Assembly: GCA_039815375.1 (NCBI GenBank)
Contig: JBCBZJ010000005.1
Location: 32,001 to 96,000, forward strand
Direction: 5' to 3'
Source of the DNA: Verrucomicrobiota bacterium
Lineage (GTDB): Bacteria; Verrucomicrobiota; Verrucomicrobiia; Opitutales; Coraliomargaritaceae
DNA length: 64,000 nt
How positions within the stretch are numbered: the stretch's first letter is position 1; each line of letters opens with the position of its first letter. Below are positions 12,038 through 22,966 of this stretch, piece by piece. The notes under the pieces were generated by a model. It made no database searches and had not been told where the DNA came from. It saw only the letters and a list, made by a program, of their open reading frames with translations. The translations under genes were made by a program, and so were the position numbers.

Positions 12038-14020
12038 TTACGCGCCTTCTTCCGGGTGCAGGTGGTAACCGCCGGGCCCTTCGACTGCCCATAGAGCAGT
12101 AAACAGGCAAGTCATGACAAGGCCGAAAATGGCAACCCAACCCATACCTGGGATACCAGCCTGCATGAGTGAGATTCCGAGACCAAGGGGGACAAAACCG
12201 ATGGATGCAAAGAGCGGGAACCAGGATTGACTTGGCATATGAATGCCTTGGCCGTGGTCGTCTTCGTAGGTGATCTTACGATTTTCGGGGCCATGCTTAT
12301 CCTCCCAAAGTGCGTCGCGTGCTGGAATGACAGGTGTCTTGCCAAAGTTGTAGACCTGCGGTGGTGAAGTCGTCGTCCATTCCAGGGTCCGAGCATCCCA
12401 TGGGTCATTGCCTGCCGGTTCACCGCCCTTGAGTAAGCGGATAATATCAACAACAAGAAGGAAAATACCGAAGGCGAGAATGTAAGCACCGATGGTGCAG
12501 ACCAGATTATAGGTTTCCCAGCCGAAGCCTTCCAGATAGGTGTGTGTGCGACGTGGCATGCCCAGCAATCCGAGGAAGTGCATAGGGAAGAAAGTGATAT
12601 TCAGGCCGACGGTTGAGAAGGCCGCTACCAATATGCTGAGTTTACCCTTCCACATTTTACCGACCATTTTCGGTAGCCAAAAATAGATGCCGGCGACGAC
12701 AGCGAGGAAGATGCCGCCGATTGCCACATAGTGGAAGTGGGCGATGACGAAGTAGCTGTCCTGCTGCTGGGCATCGGCTGGAGCTGCAGAGTGCATGATG
12801 CCGGAGAACCCCCCCATCATGAACATCCAGACGAAACCAAGGGAGAAAATCATTGGCGGTGCAAAGCGCACCCGACCGCCCCAAATCGTGCCAACCCAGT
12901 TGAAAATCTTGACACCCGTTGGCACCGCAATCGCCATCGTCAGCAAGGAGAAGGCCGCAGTGGCGACCTTTCCGAGTCCAGTCGTGAACATGTGGTGAGA
13001 CCAGACTGCGAAACCAAGGAAGCCAATTACAGCACCGGAGAAAACTACGATAGAATAACCGAACAGCGGTTTTTTGGAAAAGGTTGGAAGCACCTCAGAG
13101 ACGATTCCCATCGCAGGAAGGACCAGAATGTACACCTCGGGGTGTCCGAAGATCCAGAAGAGGTGCTGCCAGAGGATAGGCTGGCCGCCGCCTGCAGTGA
13201 CGAAGAAGTTTGTGCCGAATAGACGGTCGAACATCAACTGGCCAAGTGCGACGGTGATCGCGGGAAAGGCGAAGATGATGAGCAGGGAAACGATCAACGT
13301 CATCCAGGTGAAGACGGGCATACGCATCATCTTCATGCCGGGAGCACGCATATTGATGATGGTGACCGCGAAATTCATTGAAGCAGTCAGCGATGCGATA
13401 CCGAGAATCTGTAGCCCCATGATCCAAAAGTCCGTGCCTGCACCGGTAAATTCGAGCCCGGTTATCGGAGCATAACCAAACCAGCCCATGGCAGGAACGA
13501 AGTCATTGTTGCCCGCAGTCGGGCCGGAAGCAGCAAAAAGCCCCATCATTTCGAGGGCTTCTAGCACCCATCCAAAGTTGATCACCAGCGCGCCCGCAAT
13601 AAAGGCCCACAGACTGAAGCTGTTGACTCGTGGGAAAGCAACATCTCGTGCGCCGATCTGTAGCGGCACGAGGAAATTGAAGAAGGCTGCGTTGAGCGGC
13701 ATAACGGCGAGGAAAATCATCGTCGTGCCGTGCATCGTGAAAAGCTGGTTATAACGCTCGGCGGAGATGAGATCATTCTCCGGAATCGCAAGCTGTGTGC
13801 GGATAATCAGTGCCTCGAGACCACCGACGAGGAGAAAGAAGAGTGCGACTGCCCCATACATCAGACCGATCTTCTTGTGGTCGACAGTCGTCAGCCAGTC
13901 GATGATGATGCTTTTGCTGTGGTCGGGACGCATGAGCCCGAGGTTGCTGCGCTCGGGTTTGAGCTCGTGCGGGTGGTGGATGCTTTCGTCCGTTTGGATC
14001 TCAGTTACCGTGCTGCTCAT
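12038..14020 (-). CDS. ctaD: Cytochrome c oxidase subunit I (A1 type)
   Basis: TVDHKKIG, FTMHGTTM, WIFGHPEVY, VWSHHMF, IAHFHYV, GMPRR. Confidence 0.98.
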   Translation of the reverse strand: MSSTVTEIQTDESIHHPHELKPERSNLGLMRPDHSKSIIIDWLTTVDHKKIGLMYGAVALFFLLVGGLEALIIRTQLAIPENDLISAERYNQLFTMHGTTMIFLAVMPLNAAFFNFLVPLQIGARDVAFPRVNSFSLWAFIAGALVINFGWVLEALEMMGLFAASGPTAGNNDFVPAMGWFGYAPITGLEFTGAGTDFWIMGLQILGIASLTASMNFAVTIINMRAPGMKMMRMPVFTWMTLIVSLLIIFAFPAITVALGQLMFDRLFGTNFFVTAGGGQPILWQHLFWIFGHPEVYILVLPAMGIVSEVLPTFSKKPLFGYSIVVFSGAVIGFLGFAVWSHHMFTTGLGKVATAAFSLLTMAIAVPTGVKIFNWVGTIWGGRVRFAPPMIFSLGFVWMFMMGGFSGIMHSAAPADAQQQDSYFVIAHFHYVAIGGIFLAVVAGIYFWLPKMVGKMWKGKLSILVAAFSTVGLNITFFPMHFLGLLGMPRRTHTYLEGFGWETYNLVCTIGAYILAFGIFLLVVDIIRLLKGGEPAGNDPWDARTLEWTTTSPPQVYNFGKTPVIPARDALWEDKHGPENRKITYEDDHGQGIHMPSQSWFPLFASIGFVPLGLGISLMQAGIPGMGWVAIFGLVMTCLFTALWAVEGPGGYHLHPEEGA

Positions 14021-14029
14021 GGTTATAAA

Positions 14030-15346
14030 TTACTTCAAGGTTTGTAGATAGACGGATAGCTTGTGAATTTCGTCGTCTGTAAGCGGGGCAGGATCACCGT
14101 TTTCATCAATAAGTTCGGCAATGCCGCCGCCATTGGCTTTCCACATTAGGTTGCCCGGCTTAACAACATCAGTCTCCTTAATCCATTTGAAAAAGTTCTG
14201 GTATTGCAGCTCTTCGTCGATTTCGAGCGAGTCTTCGCTGGCCCGGTGATTCAGCCAGCCGGCTGCAATGGAAAGACGCTCGGCGACATTCGTAAGGTCC
14301 GGACCGGCTACGCCCAAGGCCCTTGGGTTGCCTTTAACTGCATGGCAGGTTGCACATTTTGCCCGTCCCATAAATAGCTTCAGTCCCTCGTTCGCATCGC
14401 CGGTCAGTTTGGTTGGGGCGTTGGTATAATCGTCATACCACTCGTCCCAGCTTTGCCCATCAGGTGTGCCGTGGCCGGTTTTCTGGCTGGTGATCCAATC
14501 GGCAAATTCCTGATCACTGACGACCGTTGCACGAAAGAGCATGCGGGCGTGGGAGTCGCCGCAATATTCAGCGCACTGCCCATAGTAGTAATCATGAATG
14601 TCGTTTTCGAGATAGGCCTGATAAGCTGTTTCATTGCCCTGGCCCTCGTTCTTGGCCAGCCAACGCTCGTAGCTGTCGCCAGCCTGAATCCACATCGAGT
14701 TGGTGCGCCCGGGGATGAGGTCGACCTTGCCAGCTATGCGTGGGAGCCAGAATGAGTGGATGACGTCTACAGAACGAAGATCGAGATGGATGGCTTTGCC
14801 GGCCGGGATGACCATCTCGTTTCCGGTTGTGACACCGAGCTGAGGATATTCAAAGGCCCACCACCACTGGTAGCCGATGACTTTAATAACCAGTGGGTTT
14901 TCCTTTTCCTCTTCGGCCAGATCGTCACCCGGATACCAGACACCCATATCACTGGCGGGATCGTTTGGAATCTCCTGGGTAAACCAAATCGCTTCGAGGG
15001 TGGGCACAGCAATGATGACCAGCAGTAGAACTGAGAATCCGATCAGGCCGATTTCGATAAGTGGGTTTCCATGGCCTTGTGAAGGGAGCGGGCGATCGTC
15101 ATTCGGACGTTCGCGGAATTTGATGATCGCGACGACATAGGTTCCGCCGACGAGAATGAAGATTCCGAACGTAACCCAAACCGTAATCATGAAGAGGTTG
15201 AGTTGTTCCTCAGCGACCGGTCCTTTCGCCACGAAAGTGGACATGCGTGTGTTTAATTCACAGCCACAAAGAAAAAACAGCGTGAAAAAAACTGAAATGG
15301 TTACGATGAATCGGGAGAGGCCGCGATTTAGCTGCTTCACAGGCAA
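14030..15346 (-). CDS. ctaC: Cytochrome c oxidase subunit II with fused cytochrome c (caa3 type)
   Basis: GYQWWW, DVIHSFW, CAEYCGDSHARM (CuA site), CATCH heme c motif; lipobox-like LCGC. Confidence 0.96.
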   Translation of the reverse strand: MPVKQLNRGLSRFIVTISVFFTLFFLCGCELNTRMSTFVAKGPVAEEQLNLFMITVWVTFGIFILVGGTYVVAIIKFRERPNDDRPLPSQGHGNPLIEIGLIGFSVLLLVIIAVPTLEAIWFTQEIPNDPASDMGVWYPGDDLAEEEKENPLVIKVIGYQWWWAFEYPQLGVTTGNEMVIPAGKAIHLDLRSVDVIHSFWLPRIAGKVDLIPGRTNSMWIQAGDSYERWLAKNEGQGNETAYQAYLENDIHDYYYGQCAEYCGDSHARMLFRATVVSDQEFADWITSQKTGHGTPDGQSWDEWYDDYTNAPTKLTGDANEGLKLFMGRAKCATCHAVKGNPRALGVAGPDLTNVAERLSIAAGWLNHRASEDSLEIDEELQYQNFFKWIKETDVVKPGNLMWKANGGGIAELIDENGDPAPLTDDEIHKLSVYLQTLK

Positions 15347-15487
15347 AGTTCGTCAAATTTTAGTAGTAAGCTGGTTATTAGAAAACCAAGAGGAATGAAT
15401 AAAGGCGGGTAATAAGAAGTGACAAGTTTAACTTCGATTCAGGAGATGTATCAGATTTTCTAATCCAACTATATTGAATCTTGTGCG

Positions 15488-15916
15488 TTACCACCAGACG
15501 TAGAGGAAAAAGTAGATGAGGACACCGGTAAGAGAGACGTAATACCAAATTGGAAAGGTCCACTGTGCCCAGGCCTTGTGGCTTTCCCGTTTTCCACGAA
15601 TGGCCAGTGTCAGTGTAGTCAAAACCAGCGGCACGATGAGCATGGCCAGTGCAATATGTGTGGCCAGCATGGTATAATAAAAGCTTCGCCATAAGCCTTC
15701 GCCCTCGAAGGGAGTATGCACCCCCTGAACGAGCCATTTGTGCAGCACATAGAAAAAAAGAAATGCAGCGGAGACGGCAAAGGCCGAGAGCATGCAGGCT
15801 CGGTGCTGAATTTCCCTTCCGGATTTTATAAGGATGAAGCCGGCAGTCAACAAGACCGTGGCGGTGCCGTTTAGAGCCGCGTTCAGTGTTGGCAGTGCTT
15901 CCGTAAACGAAGCCAT
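15488..15916 (-). CDS. DUF420 family membrane protein (cox-associated)
   Basis: LPTLNAALNG, HRACM, FYVLH, LATHIALA, PIWYYVSLTGVLIY. Confidence 0.9.
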   Translation of the reverse strand: MASFTEALPTLNAALNGTATVLLTAGFILIKSGREIQHRACMLSAFAVSAAFLFFYVLHKWLVQGVHTPFEGEGLWRSFYYTMLATHIALAMLIVPLVLTTLTLAIRGKRESHKAWAQWTFPIWYYVSLTGVLIYFFLYVWW

Positions 15917-15918
15917 CT

Positions 15919-16842
15919 TTAGAGCAGCCAGAGGTCCAGAACCAGAGGGAAGAGAAGGGCGGGCAGATAGAAAATTGAAGCAAAAAAGAGTTTACGGGCT
16001 GCAGCGTCACGTTGCTCGGCCTTGAGGAATGCAATCGAAGGACGCAGGATGTAAACCCCACATGCGGCCGCAACGATACCGTAAAGCCAAGTAGTGTAGC
16101 CTAGTAAAAATGGGAGCAGAGAACCGAGCACGAGAGCCCCGCTGAAGGCAAAGGCCTGAAACGCAACTTTTCTACCTGTTGTATCTGCATTGGACAGCAT
16201 GACAAACCCGCCTTGCGCATAGTCATGCCGATGCGTCCATGCGATTGCGAAGAAATGTGGTAGTTGCCAAAGGAATATGATGGAAAAGAGAATCCAACCG
16301 AGCGCGCTGATGCCGCCTTCGGCAGCAGCCCAGCCAATGAGTGGGGGTAGTGCTCCGGGAACTGCACCAACTACAGTGTTCCAGGTCGTGAAGCGCTTAA
16401 GCGGTGTGTAGAGTAGAACATAGGATGCGATCGTTGAAGCGGTGAGACATCCAGCAAGAAGATTTGCACCTGAGCTCAGCAGAACGCAGCCGATAAAGCT
16501 GAGAATGAGTCCGTAAATGAGGGCGTGTAAGGGATCGACTCTTCCCGCTGGTATTGCACGGTCCTTTGTGCGGATCATTTTCGCATCTGCTTCGCGCTCC
16601 AACCACTGATTGAGCACGGCTGCCCCGCCGGCCGCGAGTGAAGTGCCGATCAGAAGGCTGAAAAGAACGCTAAGGTCTCGGGCAGGATCAGCTGCAAGAT
16701 AACCGACAATTGCGGTAATAACCGATAGGAAACTGAGGCGAGGCTTTGTCAGCTCGTAGAAATCGCGCGCGCGGACGCGGACTGAAATTACAGCTGTTTT
16801 GCCACCCGCATACTGGGATGTGCCTGTCGTGGTTTGATTCAA
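15919..16842 (-). CDS. ctaB: Heme o synthase (protoheme IX farnesyltransferase)
   Basis: ELTKPR, NQWLEREADAKMIRTKDR, YTPLKR, GALPPLIGW, WQLPHF. Confidence 0.95.
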   Translation of the reverse strand: MNQTTTGTSQYAGGKTAVISVRVRARDFYELTKPRLSFLSVITAIVGYLAADPARDLSVLFSLLIGTSLAAGGAAVLNQWLEREADAKMIRTKDRAIPAGRVDPLHALIYGLILSFIGCVLLSSGANLLAGCLTASTIASYVLLYTPLKRFTTWNTVVGAVPGALPPLIGWAAAEGGISALGWILFSIIFLWQLPHFFAIAWTHRHDYAQGGFVMLSNADTTGRKVAFQAFAFSGALVLGSLLPFLLGYTTWLYGIVAAACGVYILRPSIAFLKAEQRDAAARKLFFASIFYLPALLFPLVLDLWLL

Positions 16843-16883
16843 CAGAAATAGTTCGTCTTGGTGAGTAGTCGCTCGTCCGAAAG

Positions 16884-17864
16884 CTAGTTACACGCCTTTT
16901 CAGAGGCTGAACCGTCAGGACGATGAGAGAGCAAAGTTAGCGCCCACGTGGTGGCAAGTAGAAAAGCCCCGATTAAATGATGAGCGGTTGCAGAGTATGG
17001 ATTCTTTGCGGTCCAAATGGTAAGTGCGCCGAGGTATATCTGGAGGCTGAGGATGAAAGTCAGCCCGATAACACCCCATTTGTAGACGGTCTGATCGGAT
17101 TTTTCCTTCCAGAGGCGGTAGAGGTAATAAACCAGAATTAGCAGAACTGCTAAAGCGCCTATTCTATGGGCAAAGTGGATACTGACGTCGAAATTCCAAT
17201 ACGCAGGCAGCAGGCTATTTGCGGATGCAAGCGGGAATTTTGCGATGGCTAGACCCGCATCGGCATGTCGCATGATTGCGCCGATAAGAATCTGGAGGAA
17301 GACAGTAGTTGTCGCAATGGCGCCCCAGCGCCGAACGTTTATTGTGCCCGGCAGTGCATGACTCCGCTCAATCCAGAGTCTGGAGGAAGCGATGGTGATG
17401 GCGACGAGCAGACCGAGAACGATCATTGCTCCGCAGGCATGGATCACAGCAAAAGTCTGAGCGAGCAGGTTGTGCTCTGTCATCAGATTGAGCTGATCAA
17501 AGCGGACGCGGGCTCCGCCAAGCACACCTTGGAGAATAACAACCAGAAGTAGTATGCGGGACAACATACGGATCCATTTTCGTTCTTCGCGCAGCCAAGT
17601 CCAAATAAACAGACCGATTGAAAGGAATCCGATCTTCATTCCAAGCAGGCGATGGCTGTGCTCAGCAAGTTTATCCGTTTCGGAAAGCCAACCTTCCGGG
17701 TTGACCGAGCCGTTGGAAAGCGGCCAATCCAAAAAAGCCATCCCTGCCTTAATACTGGTCGTAAATCCACCTGCATAAAGTAGAAGAGTGATCCAGCAGA
17801 GAGAAAAGATACAGTAGAGCAGGAGCAGTGGCTTATAATCTGAACTGCGTCGGAGAAGTGGCAT
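16884..17864 (-). CDS. ctaA: Heme A synthase (COX15/CtaA)
   Basis: AGMAFLDWP, EHSHRLLG, QGVLGG, HFAHR; multi-TM. Confidence 0.9.
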   Translation of the reverse strand: MPLLRRSSDYKPLLLLYCIFSLCWITLLLYAGGFTTSIKAGMAFLDWPLSNGSVNPEGWLSETDKLAEHSHRLLGMKIGFLSIGLFIWTWLREERKWIRMLSRILLLVVILQGVLGGARVRFDQLNLMTEHNLLAQTFAVIHACGAMIVLGLLVAITIASSRLWIERSHALPGTINVRRWGAIATTTVFLQILIGAIMRHADAGLAIAKFPLASANSLLPAYWNFDVSIHFAHRIGALAVLLILVYYLYRLWKEKSDQTVYKWGVIGLTFILSLQIYLGALTIWTAKNPYSATAHHLIGAFLLATTWALTLLSHRPDGSASEKACN

Positions 17865-17926
17865 GGGGGAACTTGTTTAAGGTATTGAAAATTTTTTTAA
17901 GAATGTGATTCTTTTTTGCTTACCCC

Positions 17927-18397
17927 ATGGACAAATCACAATTTTTCAACCGCTTACTTGAAACACTCCGTGAGGAATGCATCCATGCTGTTAAAGCATC
18001 GAAGGACGCGGCGGACTACGCGACGAATGAACAATCGCGAGCTGAGTCCCAGTGGGACACGCAAGGTTTAGAGGCTTCCTATCTGGCTGCCGGTCAAGCC
18101 GGCCAAGCGAGGCAATGGGCTGATGCCGTTGAAGAACTCCAGTCCGAGCGGGAGGATTTGCTCAAGTCGCGGTCCCGCATTTCGCTGGGCGCGCTCTTTT
18201 GTTGCGATTATGGCCGTAGCGTGGATTGGTTCTTTTTTGCCGGGGTAGCGGGCGGCCATATGGTGGCGATGGAGCAGGGTGATGTGACCGTCATTACGGC
18301 GCAATCGACCTTGGCCTCATCATTACTCGGCTTGAAACCGGGTGAGGCATTCACTCTACCAAATGGCAGTTCCGGCAGAGTGTTATCAGTTGAGTAG
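17927..18397 (+). CDS. GreA/GreB-like C-terminal domain protein
   Basis: AESQWDTQGLEASYLAAGQ, VITAQSTLASSLLGLKPGE. Confidence 0.75.
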   Translation: MDKSQFFNRLLETLREECIHAVKASKDAADYATNEQSRAESQWDTQGLEASYLAAGQAGQARQWADAVEELQSEREDLLKSRSRISLGALFCCDYGRSVDWFFFAGVAGGHMVAMEQGDVTVITAQSTLASSLLGLKPGEAFTLPNGSSGRVLSVE

Positions 18398-19513
18398 CTA
18401 GATTTTGATCTGCTCAACAATTTCCAGATCGTAGCCGTCAAGTCCGACGACCCTTCGCTGTGTACTGGAAAGGAGACGGATTTTCTTCAGGCCGAGCTCG
18501 ACCAGGATTTGTGCGCCGATGCCGTAGTCGCGGAAGTCCATCTTCATGGGTCCGACTTCTTTTATGTCGGCGGCACCTTCGCCTTCTATTACCCGAATGC
18601 CTCCCATCGGCTGTTCGATGTAAAGCAATACGCCGTGCCCCGCTTCTGCGATAAGCTCCATCGCGTTATTGAGAGAATTGTATCCACCAAGAGCGGTAGA
18701 CCTGAAGATGTCACCTAGCAGATTTTCGCTTTGCACGCGCACCAGTGTTGGACTGCCTTCAAGTGCGCCCATACTCAGCGCGATATGCTGGCGATCGTCG
18801 AGAACGCTCCGGAACAGGTGCAGATCAAAGGTGCCGAAGTCGGACGCGAACGGACGTGTCAAAACATGCTCGATCAACTTATCTCGTGTATGGCGATATT
18901 CGATCAGGTCTGCGATGGAAATGAGTTTTAGGTCGTGCTTGGCTTTGAATTCGATCAAGTCCGGGAGGCGCGCCAGCGTGCCGTCTTGGTTAAGAATTTC
19001 GCAGATCACCCCGCTCGGGTTGAGCCCGGCGAGCTGCGCTAAATCGACTGCAGCTTCGGTATGACCAGCCCTTTGGAGAACGCCCCCGGCTTTTGCCCTT
19101 AATGGGAAAACGTGCCCCGGCTGGACCAGCATGTCCGGGTCGGAAGTCGGATCGCCGAGAATGCGTATGGTCTCTGCGCGGTCGTAGGCGCTGATACCAG
19201 TGGTAATGCCTTCCGCTGCATCGACAGAAACTGCAAAGTCCGTCTGGTGTGACTCCCGATTCTCTGAAGCCATTGGGTTGATCCCGAGTTTGCGTAACTG
19301 GTGTCCCAGCATGGGCACACAGATGAGGCCTCGGGCATGGAGTATCATCTGGTTGATCGACTGGGGTGTGGCTTTCGATGCAGCCATGACAAGATCGCCT
19401 TCGTTTTCTCGCGATTCGTCGTCTGTCACGATTACCATCTTACCTTCGGCAATATCGCGAACGGCAGCTTCGACTTCGTCGAATACATCTGGCTCTGTCT
19501 GTTTTTCTGTCAT
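18398..19513 (-). CDS. ribB: 3,4-dihydroxy-2-butanone 4-phosphate synthase fused to a degenerate GTP cyclohydrolase II domain (RibBX)
   Basis: [40 protein letters not shown]-domain [13 protein letters not shown] lacks the Zn-binding Cys residues. Confidence 0.93.
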   Translation of the reverse strand: MTEKQTEPDVFDEVEAAVRDIAEGKMVIVTDDESRENEGDLVMAASKATPQSINQMILHARGLICVPMLGHQLRKLGINPMASENRESHQTDFAVSVDAAEGITTGISAYDRAETIRILGDPTSDPDMLVQPGHVFPLRAKAGGVLQRAGHTEAAVDLAQLAGLNPSGVICEILNQDGTLARLPDLIEFKAKHDLKLISIADLIEYRHTRDKLIEHVLTRPFASDFGTFDLHLFRSVLDDRQHIALSMGALEGSPTLVRVQSENLLGDIFRSTALGGYNSLNNAMELIAEAGHGVLLYIEQPMGGIRVIEGEGAADIKEVGPMKMDFRDYGIGAQILVELGLKKIRLLSSTQRRVVGLDGYDLEIVEQIKI

Positions 19514-19618
19514 GTCTCTAAACCTTTCTATTATCCTCATGGTGATCCCCGGCGCAATCGCGTTTTCATGATTCACATACTTGCATTCGTGCGGATGGTG
19601 GAAATGCTCTCGCTTACC

Positions 19619-20761
19619 ATGTCTGAATTTGACCCTCATGCGAAAGTCTACCGAGCTCAGGGTGGACAACACAGTATCATCGATCTTCTTGGTAGCTTCG
19701 CCGACCCTGACCTCGAAGTTGATGGTATGCCGCGCGTGTCTGATCTCCACATGAAGGTAGGTGAACCGGTGCGTTACAGGTATGATGGTCAGCTTCAGAC
19801 AATCAAAGACGGTGAGCCTCTGACAGATTCGATCATTCGCCAATTGATTTTTCCTTTGATCGGCGAAGAACAACGCCGGAGTTTTACAGAAAACCCCACG
19901 CTCGATATCGATGCCGGCTACTCATGGGAGGCCGAAAAGATCAACTTCCGACTGAACCTCTTCCGTGACCGTGATGGCATGGCCTGTGTGATGCGAATGC
20001 TCCCGAAGCATATCCCCGAGATTGATGAAATCGGGTTTCTTCACGAAAAGGTATGGCAGGATTTGGTTACTCTGAAACAGGGACTTGTTCTCGTCACCGG
20101 TGTGACAGGTAGTGGAAAATCAACCACAATCGCCAGCATTCTGGACTACATCAACAAGAGTCGAAAAGTTCGTATCATTACTCTGGAGGACCCGGTTGAA
20201 TATGTATTTTCCAGTGAACAGGCGCTCATCTCACAGCGTGAGTTGGGAAAACATCTGACAAGCTTTTCCTCCGGGCTGCGGAGCGCGCTCCGTGAGAACC
20301 CCGATATTATCTACGTCGGTGAAATTCGTGACGCGGAGACTGCCCAGCTGGCGCTGACTGCCGCGGAGACTGGCCATCTGGTGCTCTCGACACTCCACAC
20401 TAAGGACGTGAAGGGCAGTTTCAGCCGGATTGTAGACATGTTTTCGGGCGAACGTTCGAAAGAAATATCCGCACAGCTCTCCTTCTCTTTGGCTTATGCG
20501 ATCAGCCAGAAGCTGTTATCCCGGAAATCGGGTCGTGGCCGGGTCCCTGCTTTTGAGGTTTTAAAGAACAATTCTGCTGTGGGAAATATTGTGCGGACCG
20601 GAAAGCTTCATCAAATCTACGGTAAGATTGAGACCAGTCAAAACGAAGGCATGAACACACTCGAACAACAGCTGATCACGATGGTTGAGAATGGGTTGAT
20701 TACCACGAACGAGGCTGTCGTCCATGCGAACGATTCCAATATCGTAAGCCGCTTGGATTAG
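19619..20761 (+). CDS. pilT: PilT-family type IV pilus retraction ATPase
   Basis: [53 protein letters not shown]. Confidence 0.9.
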   Translation: MSEFDPHAKVYRAQGGQHSIIDLLGSFADPDLEVDGMPRVSDLHMKVGEPVRYRYDGQLQTIKDGEPLTDSIIRQLIFPLIGEEQRRSFTENPTLDIDAGYSWEAEKINFRLNLFRDRDGMACVMRMLPKHIPEIDEIGFLHEKVWQDLVTLKQGLVLVTGVTGSGKSTTIASILDYINKSRKVRIITLEDPVEYVFSSEQALISQRELGKHLTSFSSGLRSALRENPDIIYVGEIRDAETAQLALTAAETGHLVLSTLHTKDVKGSFSRIVDMFSGERSKEISAQLSFSLAYAISQKLLSRKSGRGRVPAFEVLKNNSAVGNIVRTGKLHQIYGKIETSQNEGMNTLEQQLITMVENGLITTNEAVVHANDSNIVSRLD

Positions 20762-20798
20762 ATTTGCAAAATGGTCACTGCGTAAAATCCTTGCGCAC

Positions 20799-22193
20799 AT
20801 GGCTAATGAAAAAAAGCAGGCGACCTGGGGTGGTCGGTTCTCGGAAGGACCGGCAGAGCTCATGCTGCGGATCGGAGAATCGGTTTCGTTCGATCACCGG
20901 CTTGCGCCCTTCGATGTGCAAGGCAGTAAGGCGCAGGCATCGATGCTTGCGCATGTCGGTATCCTTAGTTCTGAGGAATGTGACTCGATTCGTGCTGGCC
21001 TGGATGCAATTCTTTCAAAAATCAAAGCGGGTGATTTCATTTGGGACCCTGGTTTTGAGGATGTCCATATGAACATCGAGCAGGCGCTGACTGCTGAAGT
21101 CCCCGCTGCCGCGAAACTCCACACTGCGCGTAGCCGGAACGATCAAGTCGCGACCGATATGCGACTCTGGTTCAAGTTCGCTGCGGATGAAGTTACTGAC
21201 TGCCTCAATCGGGTGGTTGCGGCACTCGTTGACCTTGCGGATAAGAACCAACAAATCATCATTCCCGGATATACACATTTACAACGGGCCCAGCCCGTTT
21301 CCATGGCGCATCATTTGCTGGCCTATGTTGAAATGTTCGATCGGGATCGTAAGGCGATTGAGACCTTGAAGACTCAGGCCAACGTCTGTCCGCTCGGTTC
21401 AGGCGCGATTGCCGGCACCACGCTTCCGATCGACCGGGAGTTTGTTGCCAAAGAGCTCGGATTCGTTGACGAGGCGGGTGAGCCGCAGATAACCCAGAAC
21501 AGTATGGATGCGGTTAGTGACCGCGATACCTTTATTGCCTTCGCTTCCGCGTGTGCAACGATCGGGGTGCATCTTTCACGGCTCTCGGAAGACTTTATTT
21601 TATGGAGTAGTGCTGAGTTCGGCTTCGTGAAATTACCGGATGCTTTTACGACCGGTTCCAGCTTGATGCCGCAAAAGAAAAATCCGGATGCCTTTGAACT
21701 GATCCGGGGCAAATCTGCTCGGTTAAACGGTAATCTGCAGATGCTTCTTACCATGGTGAAGGGCTTACCCCTGACCTACAATCGTGACCTGCAGGAGGAT
21801 AAACCACCGGTTTTCGATAGCTTTGATCAGGTTACGCTGATGCTCGACTCCGTTGCCGCCTGCCTTCCGGGAGTTGAAGCCGATGCGGCAAAGTGCGCTG
21901 CCGCCGTGGCCGACCCGGCGTTGCTCGCGACCGATGTCGTTGATTATCTCGTTAACAAGAGTGTGCCCTTCCGAGAAGCCCACCACGTGGTCGGTGCACT
22001 CGTTGGACTCTCGGAAAAACTTGAAACACCGCTCAACGAATTACCCTTTGTCGAAGTTTCGAAGATCCACGATGCGCTCGGCGAGGATTGGGTTGAGGTC
22101 TTTGATTTGCAAAAAGCACTCGCTGCTCGGGAAAAGCCCGGCATGCCCGGGCCGGGGCAAGTTGCTGCACGGATTGCGTATTGGCGGAGCTGA
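20799..22193 (+). CDS. argH: Argininosuccinate lyase
   Basis: [55 protein letters not shown]. Confidence 0.98.
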   Translation: MANEKKQATWGGRFSEGPAELMLRIGESVSFDHRLAPFDVQGSKAQASMLAHVGILSSEECDSIRAGLDAILSKIKAGDFIWDPGFEDVHMNIEQALTAEVPAAAKLHTARSRNDQVATDMRLWFKFAADEVTDCLNRVVAALVDLADKNQQIIIPGYTHLQRAQPVSMAHHLLAYVEMFDRDRKAIETLKTQANVCPLGSGAIAGTTLPIDREFVAKELGFVDEAGEPQITQNSMDAVSDRDTFIAFASACATIGVHLSRLSEDFILWSSAEFGFVKLPDAFTTGSSLMPQKKNPDAFELIRGKSARLNGNLQMLLTMVKGLPLTYNRDLQEDKPPVFDSFDQVTLMLDSVAACLPGVEADAAKCAAAVADPALLATDVVDYLVNKSVPFREAHHVVGALVGLSEKLETPLNELPFVEVSKIHDALGEDWVEVFDLQKALAAREKPGMPGPGQVAARIAYWRS

Positions 22194-22919
22194 ATGGTCA
22201 TGCGATTTGTGCTACTTGGTCTTTTCCTGTTCGCTTTTACCGCTTGCGCTAAAGACAAGGATGTCGGCTTTCTCGTCGACTGGCTGCTGGAGGATGAAGA
22301 ACGGCTGGAAGATGTTCGCTTCGCCGATGTCGTTGCAGCGGTTTCGGGTAAAAGTGTTTTTGCCGTAAATCCGGAGAATGGAGTGGATGCACTGCTCCTA
22401 GCGCAGCTGCAAGATGTTCTGGGTGAGATGCTCCTCACGCTCAACGCGGCCGAGCATCCGGTTCAGAAGGTGGGTCGGGTCAACGAAGTGAGCCGGCACG
22501 TTGAGGACTTTTTACTCAAAGAGCTTGATCTGATTGATGGCCAAAGTTGCGGGATTCCTCCAAATGCGTCGGGTGAGTTGCAACGATCTGGCTATCCCGA
22601 TTTGCGCTTCGAGCACGATGCGAGCGGACGCATCTTTTATCTCGACCCAAAAGTCTACAAGGCCGGCAGCGAAACAAGCAGCTTCCGCACCTTCTATTTC
22701 GAGCCGAAGAAGGAAACCAACAAGATACTCGATGATGCCAGCCACCTTATCATAGGCATCGCGCATTCCGGTAAGGTAGATGGCCTTTGGAAATTTGATT
22801 CCTGGAAAGTTGTTGACCTGATTGACTTCCGCGTCCGGCTGAAAGCCGAGTTTCAGTCGAGTAATCGTGAGCTCTACCGCGAGGATGCGGTGCTCCTGAA
22901 AAGTCAGCTGGAAGAGTAA
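22194..22919 (+). CDS. Putative lipoprotein with a restriction-endonuclease-like (PD-(D/E)XK) motif
   Basis: LFAFTA-C lipobox; RVNEVSRHVE...SGYPDL...YLDPK. Confidence 0.6.
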   Translation: MVMRFVLLGLFLFAFTACAKDKDVGFLVDWLLEDEERLEDVRFADVVAAVSGKSVFAVNPENGVDALLLAQLQDVLGEMLLTLNAAEHPVQKVGRVNEVSRHVEDFLLKELDLIDGQSCGIPPNASGELQRSGYPDLRFEHDASGRIFYLDPKVYKAGSETSSFRTFYFEPKKETNKILDDASHLIIGIAHSGKVDGLWKFDSWKVVDLIDFRVRLKAEFQSSNRELYREDAVLLKSQLEE

Positions 22920-22966
22920 AATACGCTACAGAGCCAAATTGATATATTTATGTTTTAGCCGTAAAT

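Noticed and set aside
19301..19873. Apparent 570-nt head-to-head overlap of ribB and pilT
   Set aside because: Artefact of longest-ORF starts; homologous regions begin at 19513 (ribB) and 19619 (pilT), leaving a normal divergent gap.
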